Source: an uncultured Thermodesulfobacteriota bacterium
Lineage (GTDB): Bacteria > Desulfobacterota > S145-22
DNA: 43,351 nt
Direction: 5' to 3'
NCBI GenBank assembly: GCA_964556045.1
Contig: CAZKUZ010000198.1
Location: 1 to 43,351 of the forward strand
Position 1 is the first letter of the stretch, and the number at the start of each line of letters is the position of its first letter. Below the pieces are notes generated by a model that was given only the letters and a program-made list of their open reading frames with translations, ran no database searches and had not been told where the DNA came from. Positions 19,720-29,143 of the stretch are shown here, piece by piece. The position numbers were made by a program, and so were the translations under genes.

Positions 19720-20976
19720 ATGAATGCCCAAAAGGTTGTTTTAGACAATCACATACGCCTTCTCATGGAACCTCTTAACGAGGTTCCATCTGTTTGTATA
19801 GGCCTGTGGGTCTGCACGGGCTCCCGGGACGAGCTGCCTGAAGAAAATGGACTGACCCATTTCATCGAGCACATGTTGTTCAAGGGAACCTCCCACCGGA
19901 GCGCCCTGGAGATTGCCAAGGAGATCGACAAGATCGGGGGAGTCCTCAACGCCTTTACGGGACGAGAGTACACCTGTTTCTATACCAAGGTCCTGAAATC
20001 CCACATGGAAAAGGGGTTTGAGATTCTGTCGGACATCTTCTTCAACTCCCTCTTCCGGGAGGAGGACATCGAGCGGGAGCGGAGTGTCATCCTCCAGGAG
20101 ATCAAGATGGTCGAGGACACCCCGGACGAGTATGTCCACGAGCTGTTTTATTGCGACCTGTGGGGCGCCGATCCCCTGGGCGCCCCCATCTCCGGGACCC
20201 TTGAGACGGTCTCCCGCTTCACCCGTGAGGATATCTTGGGATATTTCCAGAGCCACTATCTCTCCTCCCGCTTGATACTCGCCGTGGCGGGCAACCTGGA
20301 TCCCGAGACGGTTGTGTCCATGGGGAAAAAGTATTTCGGCTCGGGCAATCTCAACGGGGCACGGGCACCGAAAATTGAACCCGCGGAGACCCTTTCCGGG
20401 TTTTACCCCCATCCCAGGGAACTGGAGCAACTTCACGTCTGCTGGGGAGGGAAGGGGTGTTCCAGGACGGACAGGGAACGGTACCCCCTCTATGCGCTCA
20501 GCACCTACCTGGGAGGAGGCATGAGTTCCCGCCTGTTCCAGGAGGTGCGGGAGAAGCGCGGGTTGGTTTATTCTATCTACTCCTATGCGAATTTTTTCAG
20601 GCACGAGGGGATCTTCGCCATCACGTGGTCCGCGCAGGAGGATCGTTTCAATGAGATCGTCGATATCGTGAAGGGGGAGATCGATCGTATCAGACGCCAG
20701 GGGCTGACGGAGAAGGACCTGCGGGAGATCAAGGAGCAGATGAAGGGGAACCTTCTGTTGAGTCTCGAGGGGACGAACAGCCGGATGAACAAGCTCGCGA
20801 CGGACGAAATCTACTTCGGCCGTTTCGTGCCCATCGATGAAGTCGTTGCCAATGTGGACGCGATAAGTCTGGAGGACATCGAAAGGGTTTTGGAAAGGTA
20901 TGTGGATCAGGAGAGGTTCTGCATGACGACCCTGGGGCCTCCGGTGGCCGACGGGAAGACGGTCGAGGCATCGTAA
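19720..20976 (+). CDS. M16 family zinc peptidase (insulinase/PqqL-like)
   Basis: It has the inverted zinc motif HFIEHMLFKGT and is 418 aa. Confidence 0.9.
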   Translation: MNAQKVVLDNHIRLLMEPLNEVPSVCIGLWVCTGSRDELPEENGLTHFIEHMLFKGTSHRSALEIAKEIDKIGGVLNAFTGREYTCFYTKVLKSHMEKGFEILSDIFFNSLFREEDIERERSVILQEIKMVEDTPDEYVHELFYCDLWGADPLGAPISGTLETVSRFTREDILGYFQSHYLSSRLILAVAGNLDPETVVSMGKKYFGSGNLNGARAPKIEPAETLSGFYPHPRELEQLHVCWGGKGCSRTDRERYPLYALSTYLGGGMSSRLFQEVREKRGLVYSIYSYANFFRHEGIFAITWSAQEDRFNEIVDIVKGEIDRIRRQGLTEKDLREIKEQMKGNLLLSLEGTNSRMNKLATDEIYFGRFVPIDEVVANVDAISLEDIERVLERYVDQERFCMTTLGPPVADGKTVEAS

Positions 20977-20978
20977 CC

Positions 20979-21428
20979 ATGGAAGAAGTCGAGATAGGGT
21001 TTCATCCGCTGACCCCCAGGGCCCTTTCCCGCCTGCCGAAGAAGGCGACGGAGGGCGCGGCGGGGTGGGATATTCAGGCCCTGCTCGATGAGGCCGTCTG
21101 CCTCGAACCGGGCGATCGGGCCTTGATCCCCACGGGGTTTGCCATGAGTCTCCCGGCGGGATTCGAGGCGCAGGTGCGGCCCCGAAGCGGATGGGCCTAC
21201 CGGACGGGGGTAACCCTGCTGAATACCCCGGGGACCATCGATTCGGACTATCGGGGGGAGGTGAAAGTCCTTCTGGTAAACCTGGGACGGGAACCCGTGT
21301 GGATCCGGGACGGCGACCGGATCGCCCAACTCGTGATAAGCAGGGTTTTGCCTGTTACGTTTGTCGTCAGGGATGAGATAACGGACACCCCCAGGGGAGA
21401 CGGCGGATTCGGCCACTCGGGACGTTGA
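20979..21428 (+). CDS. dut: dUTP diphosphatase
   Basis: Motifs are AAGWDI, the RPRSG-type loop, GTIDSDYRGE, and a C-terminal RGDGGFGHSG. Confidence 0.95.
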   Translation: MEEVEIGFHPLTPRALSRLPKKATEGAAGWDIQALLDEAVCLEPGDRALIPTGFAMSLPAGFEAQVRPRSGWAYRTGVTLLNTPGTIDSDYRGEVKVLLVNLGREPVWIRDGDRIAQLVISRVLPVTFVVRDEITDTPRGDGGFGHSGR

Positions 21429-21435
21429 GGAGGAG

Positions 21436-21930
21436 ATGATGAAACTCGGAGTCTTGTCGGACACGCACGACAATCTTTCTGCTATCGAGAAAGCGGTAAC
21501 GGCCCTCAACAAGGCGGGAGCCGACCTTGTCATCCATCTGGGAGACTACTGCGCTCCCTTCTCCCTGCGCCCCCTCAAAGGGTTGGAGATGGATTGGATG
21601 GGGGTGCTCGGGAACAATGACGGCGAGATTCATGGCCTTTTAGAGGCCTCGGAAGGGAAGATACGAAGGGGGAACCTCTCGTTGGAGATTGGCGGCAGGA
21701 GGATCTTCGCGGATCACGTCAATCCCTTGAAGGACGCGTTGGCGGATTCGGGACACTTTGACCTGATCCTTTACGGCCACACGCACGCCCTGGAGATTTA
21801 TGAACGGAACGGATGCCTGTGCGTGAATCCGGGGGAGGTCTGCGGGTATCTGGCGGGCCGGCGCACCGTGGTCTGCTTTGATCTCGACGAACTTTCGGCG
21901 GATTGCGTCGACGTGATCGATCTCGGTTGA
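21436..21930 (+). CDS. YfcE/MJ0936 family metallophosphoesterase
   Basis: It has the metallophosphatase motifs LSDTHDN, HLGDY, GNNDG and GHTH. Confidence 0.88.
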   Translation: MMKLGVLSDTHDNLSAIEKAVTALNKAGADLVIHLGDYCAPFSLRPLKGLEMDWMGVLGNNDGEIHGLLEASEGKIRRGNLSLEIGGRRIFADHVNPLKDALADSGHFDLILYGHTHALEIYERNGCLCVNPGEVCGYLAGRRTVVCFDLDELSADCVDVIDLG

Positions 21931-21958
21931 GAAACCCTTCTGAAGGGCTGGAGGTGGC

Positions 21959-22870
21959 GTGACGAAACAGGAAAACCAAGGTGTCGAGCCCGACCTCGCG
22001 AAGTTTACCCAGTATCTCCTCATGGAAAAGGGGTTTTCCGACCATACGGTTTCCAGCTATCGTATGGATCTTGTCCAGTTCTTCACCTTTCTCCGCGCCA
22101 AGGGTGGAGGAAGCGCCGAAGACGTGGATATGTACATGATCCTCGACTTTTTGAGGATGCTGAAAGCCAAGGGGATGACGCAGCGGACGATCAACCGGAA
22201 GCTCTCGGCCATCCGGGGGTTTTTCCATTTTCTCTCCCGGCAGGGTGAAATCGTCAACGATCCCACGGAGGAGATCCGAACGCCTCAGCTGCACCAGCCT
22301 CTTCCCCATGTCATTCCGCTCCGGGATGTGGAGACAATCCTGGAGCAGCCCGACCTCAAGACCCCCAAAGGGATTCGGGACCGGGCGATCCTGGAGCTTC
22401 TCTACGCCACGGGGATGCGGGTATCCGAGCTTGTGGCCCTTCCCCTCCAGGGGGTTTTCTGGAGCGAAGGGTTCGTCAAGGTCTATGGAAAGGGGGGAAA
22501 GGAGCGTTTGATCCCCGTGGGGCAGACGGCCCTGAAGTGGCTCAAGGTCTATTGTGAAGAGGTCCGGAAAAGGATTGCAGGTTCCTCTTCCCGGGAAGAG
22601 ATCTTCCTTTCGAGACTGGGGAAACCTCTCTCCCGCCAAAGCGTCTGGAAGATGATAAAGTTTTATGCCATGAAGGGAAATATCCGGGAGAAGATCAGCC
22701 CCCATACCCTCCGTCACTGTTTCGCCACCCACCTCCTGGAGCGGGGGGCGGATCTCCGTTCCGTCCAGATGATGCTGGGTCATGCCGATATTTCCACGAC
22801 ACAGATCTACACCCATTTGACGAAGGATCATCTCATCAAGATTCACAAGGCCTTCCATCCCCGCGCGTAA
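21959..22870 (+). CDS. xerD: Site-specific tyrosine recombinase XerD/XerC
   Basis: It has the SAM-like N-terminal domain (F..YL..EKG.S..T..SY..DL). The catalytic residues are ATGMRVSEL (Arg), HTLRHCFATHLL (His-x-x-Arg) and GHADISTTQIYTH (His and Tyr). Confidence 0.88.
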   Translation: MTKQENQGVEPDLAKFTQYLLMEKGFSDHTVSSYRMDLVQFFTFLRAKGGGSAEDVDMYMILDFLRMLKAKGMTQRTINRKLSAIRGFFHFLSRQGEIVNDPTEEIRTPQLHQPLPHVIPLRDVETILEQPDLKTPKGIRDRAILELLYATGMRVSELVALPLQGVFWSEGFVKVYGKGGKERLIPVGQTALKWLKVYCEEVRKRIAGSSSREEIFLSRLGKPLSRQSVWKMIKFYAMKGNIREKISPHTLRHCFATHLLERGADLRSVQMMLGHADISTTQIYTHLTKDHLIKIHKAFHPRA

Positions 22871-22915
22871 GGCATGGAAAACCGGGAAATTCGGGAGATA
22901 ATGTTCGGTGGGGGC

Positions 22916-22944
22916 TTGCAAGTTGTCTTGAAATCTGATATGAG
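22916..22944 (+). promoter_or_regulatory. Candidate promoter of rpmB
   Basis: TTGCAA (22916-22921), a 17-nt spacer, then TATGAG (22939-22944), about 35 nt upstream of the rpmB ATG. Confidence 0.3.
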
Positions 22945-22979
22945 TAACCGCTTTTCGGATAAAACGAAGGAGGATGCGA

Positions 22980-23183
22980 ATGTCTCGCGTGTGTGAAATA
23001 TGTGGGAAAGGCCCCATGGTTGGATATAATGTGAGCCACGCTCACAACAAAACGAAGAAGGTATGGTATCCCAATCTCCAGAAAATCCGCGTCGTCGTGA
23101 ACGGCCGGGTCAAGCGGATGAAGGTCTGTACCCGTTGTATCCGATCGGGAAGGGTAACGAAACCCGTAGCGTATAAGGGTTGA
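22980..23183 (+). CDS. rpmB: 50S ribosomal protein L28 (four-Cys, Zn-ribbon-type form)
   Basis: The sequence [27 protein letters not shown]...CTRCIRSG identifies it. An SD (GAAGGAGGA) precedes it. I prefer ATG 22980 over the track start at 22974. Confidence 0.93.
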   Translation: MSRVCEICGKGPMVGYNVSHAHNKTKKVWYPNLQKIRVVVNGRVKRMKVCTRCIRSGRVTKPVAYKG

Positions 23184-23221
23184 GGGATAGAACTTCCGGT
23201 TTGTTTTGATGCTTAGGTCTT

Positions 23222-25363
23222 TCAGGCTTGGAGCCTCTTGACCTCCGTGACGCCCTTGATCTGGTTCAAGGCGCGTATGATCTTGTTCAAGTGTTTCAGA
23301 TCCTTGATTGAAATAACAAATTGATTGATGGCGTGGTGGTCCTGCGTGGTTTGCACGTGGGCGCTGAGGATATCCGCGCCTTGTGCCGTCAGTTCCCGGG
23401 TGATTTCGGCCAACAATCCCCGTCGGTCCGTCGAGGCGGTCTGGATTCTGACGGGATGGCGGACGGTATCGTCCACCTTCCATTTGGCCTCGATGAGACG
23501 TTGCGGATCGGAGTCCAGGACCTTTTCGCAATCCGCCTTGTGGATGGTGATGCCGCGCCCCCGGGTGATGAATCCCACGATCTTGTCTCCCGGAAGGGGG
23601 TTGCAGCACTTGGCGAGCTTGACCATGACGTTATCGACCCCTTTGATGAGAATGGGGCTCTGATCCTTACGTTTGATCTTCGAGATGATCTTTTTGAGGG
23701 GTTTTTCCTCTTCCCCCTCTAATTTCTCCGGAGGCAGAACCCGGCGAATCACCTGCCGGGGTGTGATCTTGCCGTACCCGATGGTGGCGAGGAGGTCATC
23801 CACGGATTGGAGGCTGAAGGCCTCGGCGACTTCCTTGAGGGATCCGTCCTTGTAGAGCTTGTTGAAGCTGACCGAGTATCTCTTTGTCTCCTTCTCCAGA
23901 AGCTCCTTTCCCAGCTGGATGCTCTGCTCCCGCTCCTGGGTCTTGATCCACTGGCGTATCTTGGTCCTCGCCCGGGATGTCTTGACGATCTTGAGCCAGT
24001 CCTTGCTGGGATGGGCCTGGGGATGGGTGATGATCTCCACACTGTCCCCGTTGTGGAGCACGTACTTTAAAGGAACGATCTTCCCGTTGACCTTGGCGCC
24101 CTTGCAGTGGTTTCCCACCTCCGTGTGGATGCTGTAGGCGAAGTCGATGGGGGTCGATCCCCGGGGGAACTCTTTGACCTCGCCGGTGGGCGTGAAGACG
24201 AACACCTCGTCCGGGAAGAGGTCGATTTTGATGGTTTCCAGGAATTCGGCGTTGTTTTTCAGGTCCTTCTGGTACTCGAAGAGCTGGCGCAGCCACCGGA
24301 AGCGTTTATCGTCCTTCTCGTCCAGGTTGATGCCTTCTTTGTACTTCCAGTGCGCGGCGATCCCCATTTCCGCGACCTGGTGCATCTCGTGGGTGCGGAT
24401 CTGTATCTCGATCCTTTCCCCCTTGGGGCCGATGACGGTCGTGTGCAGGGACTGGTAGAGGTTGGCCTTGGGCAGGGCGATGTAATCCTTGAATTTGCCG
24501 GGGATGGGGGTCCACAGGTTATGGATGATGCCCAGGACCTCGTAGCACTCGGTAACGGTATTGACGATGACGCGGAAGGCCGTGATGTCGTAGATGTCGT
24601 TGAACTCGATGTTCTGGCTCTGCATCTTCTTGAAGATGCTGTAGAGGTGTTTGGGCCGTCCCGAGATCTCCGCGACGATCCCGTTCTCCATCAGCTTCTC
24701 TTTGAGGATTCGGATGACGAATTCGATGTAGCGGTTTCGTTCCTTTTCGCTCTTGGCGATCTTTTGTTCCAGCGAGCGGTAGGCATCGGTCATGATGTAC
24801 TTGAAGGAAAGGTCTTCGAGCTCCGATTTCATCCATTCGATGCCGAGGCGATTGGCGATGGGCGCGTAGATTTCGAGGGTTTCCTGGGCGATCCGTTGCC
24901 GGCTTTCGGGCTTCTGAAACTCCAAGGTCCGCATGTTGTGGAGGCGGTCGGCCAGTTTGACCAGGATGACGCGGATGTCTTTGGTCATGGCCAGAATCAT
25001 TTTTCTGAAGTTCTCCGCCTGGGTGTCTTCGCTGCTTTCGAACGACATCTTGCTGATTTTGGTCACCCCTTCGACGAGGTCCGCGACCTCTTTGCCGAAA
25101 AGCTCTTTCAATTGATCGTACGTGGCATAGGTGTCCTCGATGGTGTCGTGGAGGAGGCCCGTGGCGATGGTTTGTTCATCCAGTTGCATCTCAGCTAAAA
25201 TTCCCGCTACTTCCAGGGGATGAATAAGATAGGGCTCTCCCGAGAGACGAATCTGTCCCTGGTGCGCCTTGGCCGAGAAGATGTAGGCCTTCTGAATCAG
25301 TTCCTCATCGTAGTCGGGATTATAGGCCTCAATCCGTTCTACGATATCTCCAAATCGAATCAA
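23222..25363 (-). CDS. rel: Bifunctional (p)ppGpp synthetase/hydrolase (RelA/SpoT homologue)
   Basis: It has the HD hydrolase domain (HDTIEDT), a synthetase domain (AFRVIV, YQSLHTTV) and TGS and ACT domains. I place the start at TTG 25363-25361 (LIRFGDIVERI), 7 nt after a GGAGG SD. The track's upstream ATG at 25396 lacks an SD. Confidence 0.93.
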   Translation of the reverse strand: MIRFGDIVERIEAYNPDYDEELIQKAYIFSAKAHQGQIRLSGEPYLIHPLEVAGILAEMQLDEQTIATGLLHDTIEDTYATYDQLKELFGKEVADLVEGVTKISKMSFESSEDTQAENFRKMILAMTKDIRVILVKLADRLHNMRTLEFQKPESRQRIAQETLEIYAPIANRLGIEWMKSELEDLSFKYIMTDAYRSLEQKIAKSEKERNRYIEFVIRILKEKLMENGIVAEISGRPKHLYSIFKKMQSQNIEFNDIYDITAFRVIVNTVTECYEVLGIIHNLWTPIPGKFKDYIALPKANLYQSLHTTVIGPKGERIEIQIRTHEMHQVAEMGIAAHWKYKEGINLDEKDDKRFRWLRQLFEYQKDLKNNAEFLETIKIDLFPDEVFVFTPTGEVKEFPRGSTPIDFAYSIHTEVGNHCKGAKVNGKIVPLKYVLHNGDSVEIITHPQAHPSKDWLKIVKTSRARTKIRQWIKTQEREQSIQLGKELLEKETKRYSVSFNKLYKDGSLKEVAEAFSLQSVDDLLATIGYGKITPRQVIRRVLPPEKLEGEEEKPLKKIISKIKRKDQSPILIKGVDNVMVKLAKCCNPLPGDKIVGFITRGRGITIHKADCEKVLDSDPQRLIEAKWKVDDTVRHPVRIQTASTDRRGLLAEITRELTAQGADILSAHVQTTQDHHAINQFVISIKDLKHLNKIIRALNQIKGVTEVKRLQA

Positions 25364-25478
25364 GGGACACCTCCTCAAAAATAATTTATACCCCAAATGG
25401 GGGCTTGAATCAAATGAGATGGTTATTCGTCTGCTTGGAAAACCGCGGGCCGTCGGTGAACGGGTGCGGAATCTCGGG

Positions 25479-26171
25479 TCAAGATAGGGCCCGGAGGAGG
25501 GCGTCGATGGCCTGGTTCACATGTTTGAAGACACGGAGGGCCCCTGCCTCCACGAGAGCCTGTTTCTCCCCGGTTCCGGTAAGAACACCGATGGGAACGA
25601 TGGAGGCCGCCCGCGCCGTGAGGATGTCCATGGGATGATCTCCGATCATAAAGATATCTTCGGTAGGGATGGAGAATTCTTCGAGAATCGGTTCCAAGGA
25701 CCTTTTGTCCGGCTTATAGGCGAGGCTGTTCTCCCGCGTAATAATGACGTCAAAGAAGACGGCCGCTTTCCCGATGACGTTTCTAAAGGCCTTTTCACAG
25801 TTTCTCGTGGCGATGGCCAGCCGAATCCCTCGTTTATTGAGGGTCCAAAGTCGCGGGTAGACTCCCGGAAGCAGGTGGCTGTGCGCCGCGGCGGCCAGCT
25901 CCATCTCCTCGATGAGGGAGAAGGCTTCCGCCTTTATTTGGTGGGCCAGGGTGGGATTCTGGGAATGAATGTGGTCAAAGACTTCGTCGATCCGTTCGAG
26001 GATAAACCGGCGCTGGAGCGTCTCCGGGGCGATGTCATGCCGGGCGAAGAGGGCGTTGATGGCCCGGCGCATCTCGTCGAAGTCGATGGACATCCGGGCC
26101 AATGTTCCGTCGAAGTCGAAGACGATCCCATGTTTAGGTTTCGGATTAACCTTTTTTGATGGCGGCCACAT
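25479..26171 (-). CDS. HAD-superfamily hydrolase (phosphoglycolate phosphatase-like)
   Basis: It has motif I FDFDGTLA, motif II IATRN and motif IV GDHPMDI. It overlaps the DUF1844 stop by 26 nt. Confidence 0.85.
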   Translation of the reverse strand: MWPPSKKVNPKPKHGIVFDFDGTLARMSIDFDEMRRAINALFARHDIAPETLQRRFILERIDEVFDHIHSQNPTLAHQIKAEAFSLIEEMELAAAAHSHLLPGVYPRLWTLNKRGIRLAIATRNCEKAFRNVIGKAAVFFDVIITRENSLAYKPDKRSLEPILEEFSIPTEDIFMIGDHPMDILTARAASIVPIGVLTGTGEKQALVEAGALRVFKHVNQAIDALLRALS

Positions 26172-26559
26172 ACTTCAGCTTGAGGTCGTAGAGCAGGTTC
26201 GTGATGAGCTGATCCTCGTCCGTGTCCAGGTTTCCGGCCGTTTTTTTCTTCAACATGTCGATGAGATCGATGGTCTGTTTGGCGAGGGGGAGGTTCTTTT
26301 CGAGCTGGTTGGTCTCGGGGTTGGGAAGCTCGCCAAGGTGCATGAGGGTCGAGGTGCTGAGGGATAGGATGAAGGTGGAGAAGTTGATCTCCGGCAAGAC
26401 CGTCTGGTCCGTTGTTGTTTCTTTCTGTTCCTTTCTTTCGGTTTTCTCCTCTTCTTTGCTTTTTTCGGTCTCTTTTGCCGTGTCTTCGAAGATTTTCCGT
26501 CTGTCTTTGACCTTGAAGCCCTTGTCTTCAGAGTTTTTCTCCATTTTTTCCTCCTTCAC
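26146..26559 (-). CDS. DUF1844 domain-containing protein
   Basis: It has an acidic KE-rich N-terminus, followed by INFSTFILSLSTSTLMHLGELPNPETN...NLPLAKQTIDLIDMLKKKTAGNL...LLYDLKLKYV. Confidence 0.85.
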   Translation of the reverse strand: MKEEKMEKNSEDKGFKVKDRRKIFEDTAKETEKSKEEEKTERKEQKETTTDQTVLPEINFSTFILSLSTSTLMHLGELPNPETNQLEKNLPLAKQTIDLIDMLKKKTAGNLDTDEDQLITNLLYDLKLKYVAAIKKG

Positions 26560-27953
26560 GATTGGTAGAGATTGAAGACGATTTTGTAGGTGTATGATCC
26601 TCGCAGGAGCACGAGTTCGAATTTCCCTGTCCGAACGTGGTCTATCAGGACCGTTTTAAAGGTCCGGACATTCTTCAAGGGGATGTCGTTGAGCCGTAAA
26701 AGGATATCATTTTTACGGAGGCCGTTCACGGCGGCGAAGGAGTTCGGGGAGATATCGGAGATGGCGACGCCGCTGATTCCCGAGTTTTCGAGGATCCGCC
26801 TTTCCTTCCTGTTGAGGTTTCTTATCTCGAAGCCGAAGATGCGGCGGATGAGGAACTTTCCGTGTTTCGGCGTGAGCCGTTTCAATGTCAGGGGGTACGT
26901 TTGAATCGCCCCGTTCCGGGCGACCGAGAAGACGACCCGATCTTCGGGGAGGTGCTGATTGAGGATCTGCTGGAACATCAAGGGGGTGAACACGGGATCG
27001 TTGTCGATGGAGGTGATGATATCGCCGATTTTCAGACGGCCCGCGGCCGCCGGGCTCCCCTTTTCGATGGCGGTGATGAGGATTCCCTTGTCCCCTTTGA
27101 ATTGGAAGTGTCGCGCGATGGCGGAGGTCAGGGGCTGGCAGTCGATGCCGATCCATACCGGTGGCACCTTGCCGTATCTCACGAGGGCCGAGGAGACCTT
27201 TTTGACCTTATCGATGGGGATGGCGAAACCGATGCCCTGGGCGTTGCTGTAAATGGCGGTATTGATGCCGATGACCTCCCCAAGGATGTTGAGGAGGGGC
27301 CCTCCGCTGTTGCCGGGGTTGATGGAGGCGTCGGTTTGTATGAGGTCTTTGTAGATCCTTCCCTTGCTCTGAAGGGAGCGGTGGAGGGAACTGATGACAC
27401 CGGACGTGACCGTGTTGGAGAGTCCGAAGGGGTTTCCGATGGCGATGACCGTTTCCCCGATCATTAGGTCGGAGGAGGTCCCCAAATGGATCGGGGGTAG
27501 AGGGGTATTGCCCTTAATTTTCAAGACCGCCAGGTCCGTTACGGGATCGGCCCCGACCAGGCTGGCGGTAAACCGCTTTCCCGTGTTGGTAATGACGGAG
27601 ATTTCCTCCGCCTGGTCGATGACGTGCTGGTTGGTCAAGACCCTTTTCCCGTTCGCGAAGACGATTCCCGATCCCAGGGTCTTGAGCTTGAAGCGTTGGA
27701 TGAACTCCGGCGCCAGGAAGTCCTTGAAAAAGCTGTCAAAAAAGGAGTCGCCGATGCCCCCGAAAGGGGAGAAGCGACGCTGAACGATCTTCTGGGTGCT
27801 GATGTTTACGACCGAGGGGGAGGCCTTTTCGACCACGCGGACCACGGGGGTCCTGCGTTGTTCGAGGTCCCCTCGGGAGGTTGCATGGACGCTGGGGCCT
27901 CCAGCGAGGATAGCAAGGGCGATTCCGATTCCGACCAGGCGAGATTTCACCAT
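26556..27953 (-). CDS. htrA: Periplasmic serine endoprotease DegP/HtrA family with two PDZ domains
   Basis: The catalytic triad contexts are TNQHVI, DLAVLKI and GNSGGPLLN. The preferred start is ATG 27953 (MVKSRLVGIGIALAILAGGPSVHA signal peptide) with a GGAG SD 4 nt upstream. The track ORF extends to 28013. Confidence 0.9.
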   Translation of the reverse strand: MVKSRLVGIGIALAILAGGPSVHATSRGDLEQRRTPVVRVVEKASPSVVNISTQKIVQRRFSPFGGIGDSFFDSFFKDFLAPEFIQRFKLKTLGSGIVFANGKRVLTNQHVIDQAEEISVITNTGKRFTASLVGADPVTDLAVLKIKGNTPLPPIHLGTSSDLMIGETVIAIGNPFGLSNTVTSGVISSLHRSLQSKGRIYKDLIQTDASINPGNSGGPLLNILGEVIGINTAIYSNAQGIGFAIPIDKVKKVSSALVRYGKVPPVWIGIDCQPLTSAIARHFQFKGDKGILITAIEKGSPAAAGRLKIGDIITSIDNDPVFTPLMFQQILNQHLPEDRVVFSVARNGAIQTYPLTLKRLTPKHGKFLIRRIFGFEIRNLNRKERRILENSGISGVAISDISPNSFAAVNGLRKNDILLRLNDIPLKNVRTFKTVLIDHVRTGKFELVLLRGSYTYKIVFNLYQS

Positions 27954-28035
27954 ATTCTCCGTAAACAATCGTTTCTTTTTCCTTTTTATTAACCACTTTT
28001 TGGGTTTTGTCAAACGGGATGGGCCTGCGTGATGA

Positions 28036-28064
28036 TTGATTTCGGTGGGGTGTTGCGATATGAT
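28036..28064 (+). promoter_or_regulatory. Sigma70-type promoter of the purM operon
   Basis: TTGATT (28036-28041), a 17-nt spacer, then TATGAT (28059-28064), about 30 nt upstream of ATG 28094. Confidence 0.5.
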
Positions 28065-28093
28065 ATTTTCGATTTTATGTGAAAGGAACTGCG

Positions 28094-29128
28094 ATGACCA
28101 CGTACAAAGAAGCAGGCGTTGATATAGAGAAGGCGGATGCCTTTGTCAAGGATATTGCCTCGACGATCAAGCGGACATGGTCTCCCGAGGTGAAATCGGA
28201 ACTGGGCGATTTCGCGGCCCTTTACTCCCTCCTGGGGTACGAGATGAAACACCCCGTCCTGGTTTCTTCCACGGATGGCGTGGGCACGAAGCTGAAGATC
28301 GCCATCGCCATGGACGTGCATAATACCGTGGGCATCGACCTGGTTGCCATGTGTGTGAATGATATCCTTGTGAAGGGCGCGCGCCCCCTTTTCTTCCTCG
28401 ACTATTTGGCGTGCGGCGAGTTGGACCCGAGGGTTGGAGGGGAAATCCTCGAGGGAATAGCACGGGGGTGCGAGGAGGCGGAGTGCTCACTGGTCGGGGG
28501 AGAGACGGCTGAAATGCCGGGGATGTACGCCCCGGGGGATTACGACCTGGCCGGTTTTGTCGTCGGGATCGTGGAAGACGAGGCGACGGTGGACGGGACG
28601 GATATCTCCAGCGGCGACGTGGTTATCGGCGTTGCCTCCAGCGGCCTGCACAGCAATGGATTTTCCCTCGTGCGCAAGATTGTCAAGGAGGCGCCCTCTT
28701 TGGAGTACGATACCTATCTGCCGGAGTTTCAAGCAAAGTTGGGTGAAGTCCTCTTGATTCCCACCCGCATCTACGCCAAGACGGTCAAGTCCCTCCTGAG
28801 GGACTTCGACATCAAAGGGATGGCGCATATCACGGGGGGAGGGATCGTGGGGAATTGTGTCCGTATCCTCCCGAGCGGCACCACCATGCGCGTCAAGCGG
28901 GACGGATGGGAATGGCCGCCCGTGTTTGATTTCATCCAGAAGCTGGGGAAGTTGACGAGTGAGGAGATGTATCGAACCTTTAATTGTGGAATCGGATTTG
29001 TGCTGGTGGTTTCCCCGGAAATCGAAGAAGAGGTCCTTTTAAGGCTGAAAGGATTGGGTGAAACGGCCTTTGTGATCGGAGACATCGTTCAGCGAAACGG
29101 GAATGAGCATCCCTTTTTGTGGGTGTAG
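28094..29128 (+). CDS. purM: Phosphoribosylformylglycinamidine cyclo-ligase (AIR synthetase)
   Basis: It has YKEAGVDI, STDGVGTKL and DYLA motifs. ATG 28094 is preferred to GTG 28079. Confidence 0.95.
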   Translation: MTTYKEAGVDIEKADAFVKDIASTIKRTWSPEVKSELGDFAALYSLLGYEMKHPVLVSSTDGVGTKLKIAIAMDVHNTVGIDLVAMCVNDILVKGARPLFFLDYLACGELDPRVGGEILEGIARGCEEAECSLVGGETAEMPGMYAPGDYDLAGFVVGIVEDEATVDGTDISSGDVVIGVASSGLHSNGFSLVRKIVKEAPSLEYDTYLPEFQAKLGEVLLIPTRIYAKTVKSLLRDFDIKGMAHITGGGIVGNCVRILPSGTTMRVKRDGWEWPPVFDFIQKLGKLTSEEMYRTFNCGIGFVLVVSPEIEEEVLLRLKGLGETAFVIGDIVQRNGNEHPFLWV

Positions 29129-29143
29129 CGGGGGGGGGGAAGG

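Noticed and set aside
21959-22870. The tyrosine recombinase, considered as a marker of an integrated mobile element.
   Set aside because: It has the XerC/XerD-type N-terminal domain and catalytic residues. It sits inside a conserved housekeeping string with no att-like repeats, tRNA, phage genes or compositional shift nearby.
18471-25198. Further long shadow ORFs: 18471-19748 (antisense to pnp), 21719-23017 (antisense to yfcE/xerD) and 24107-25198 (antisense to rel).
   Set aside because: All are antisense to well-supported genes and have biased, repetitive composition. No independent evidence of coding was found.
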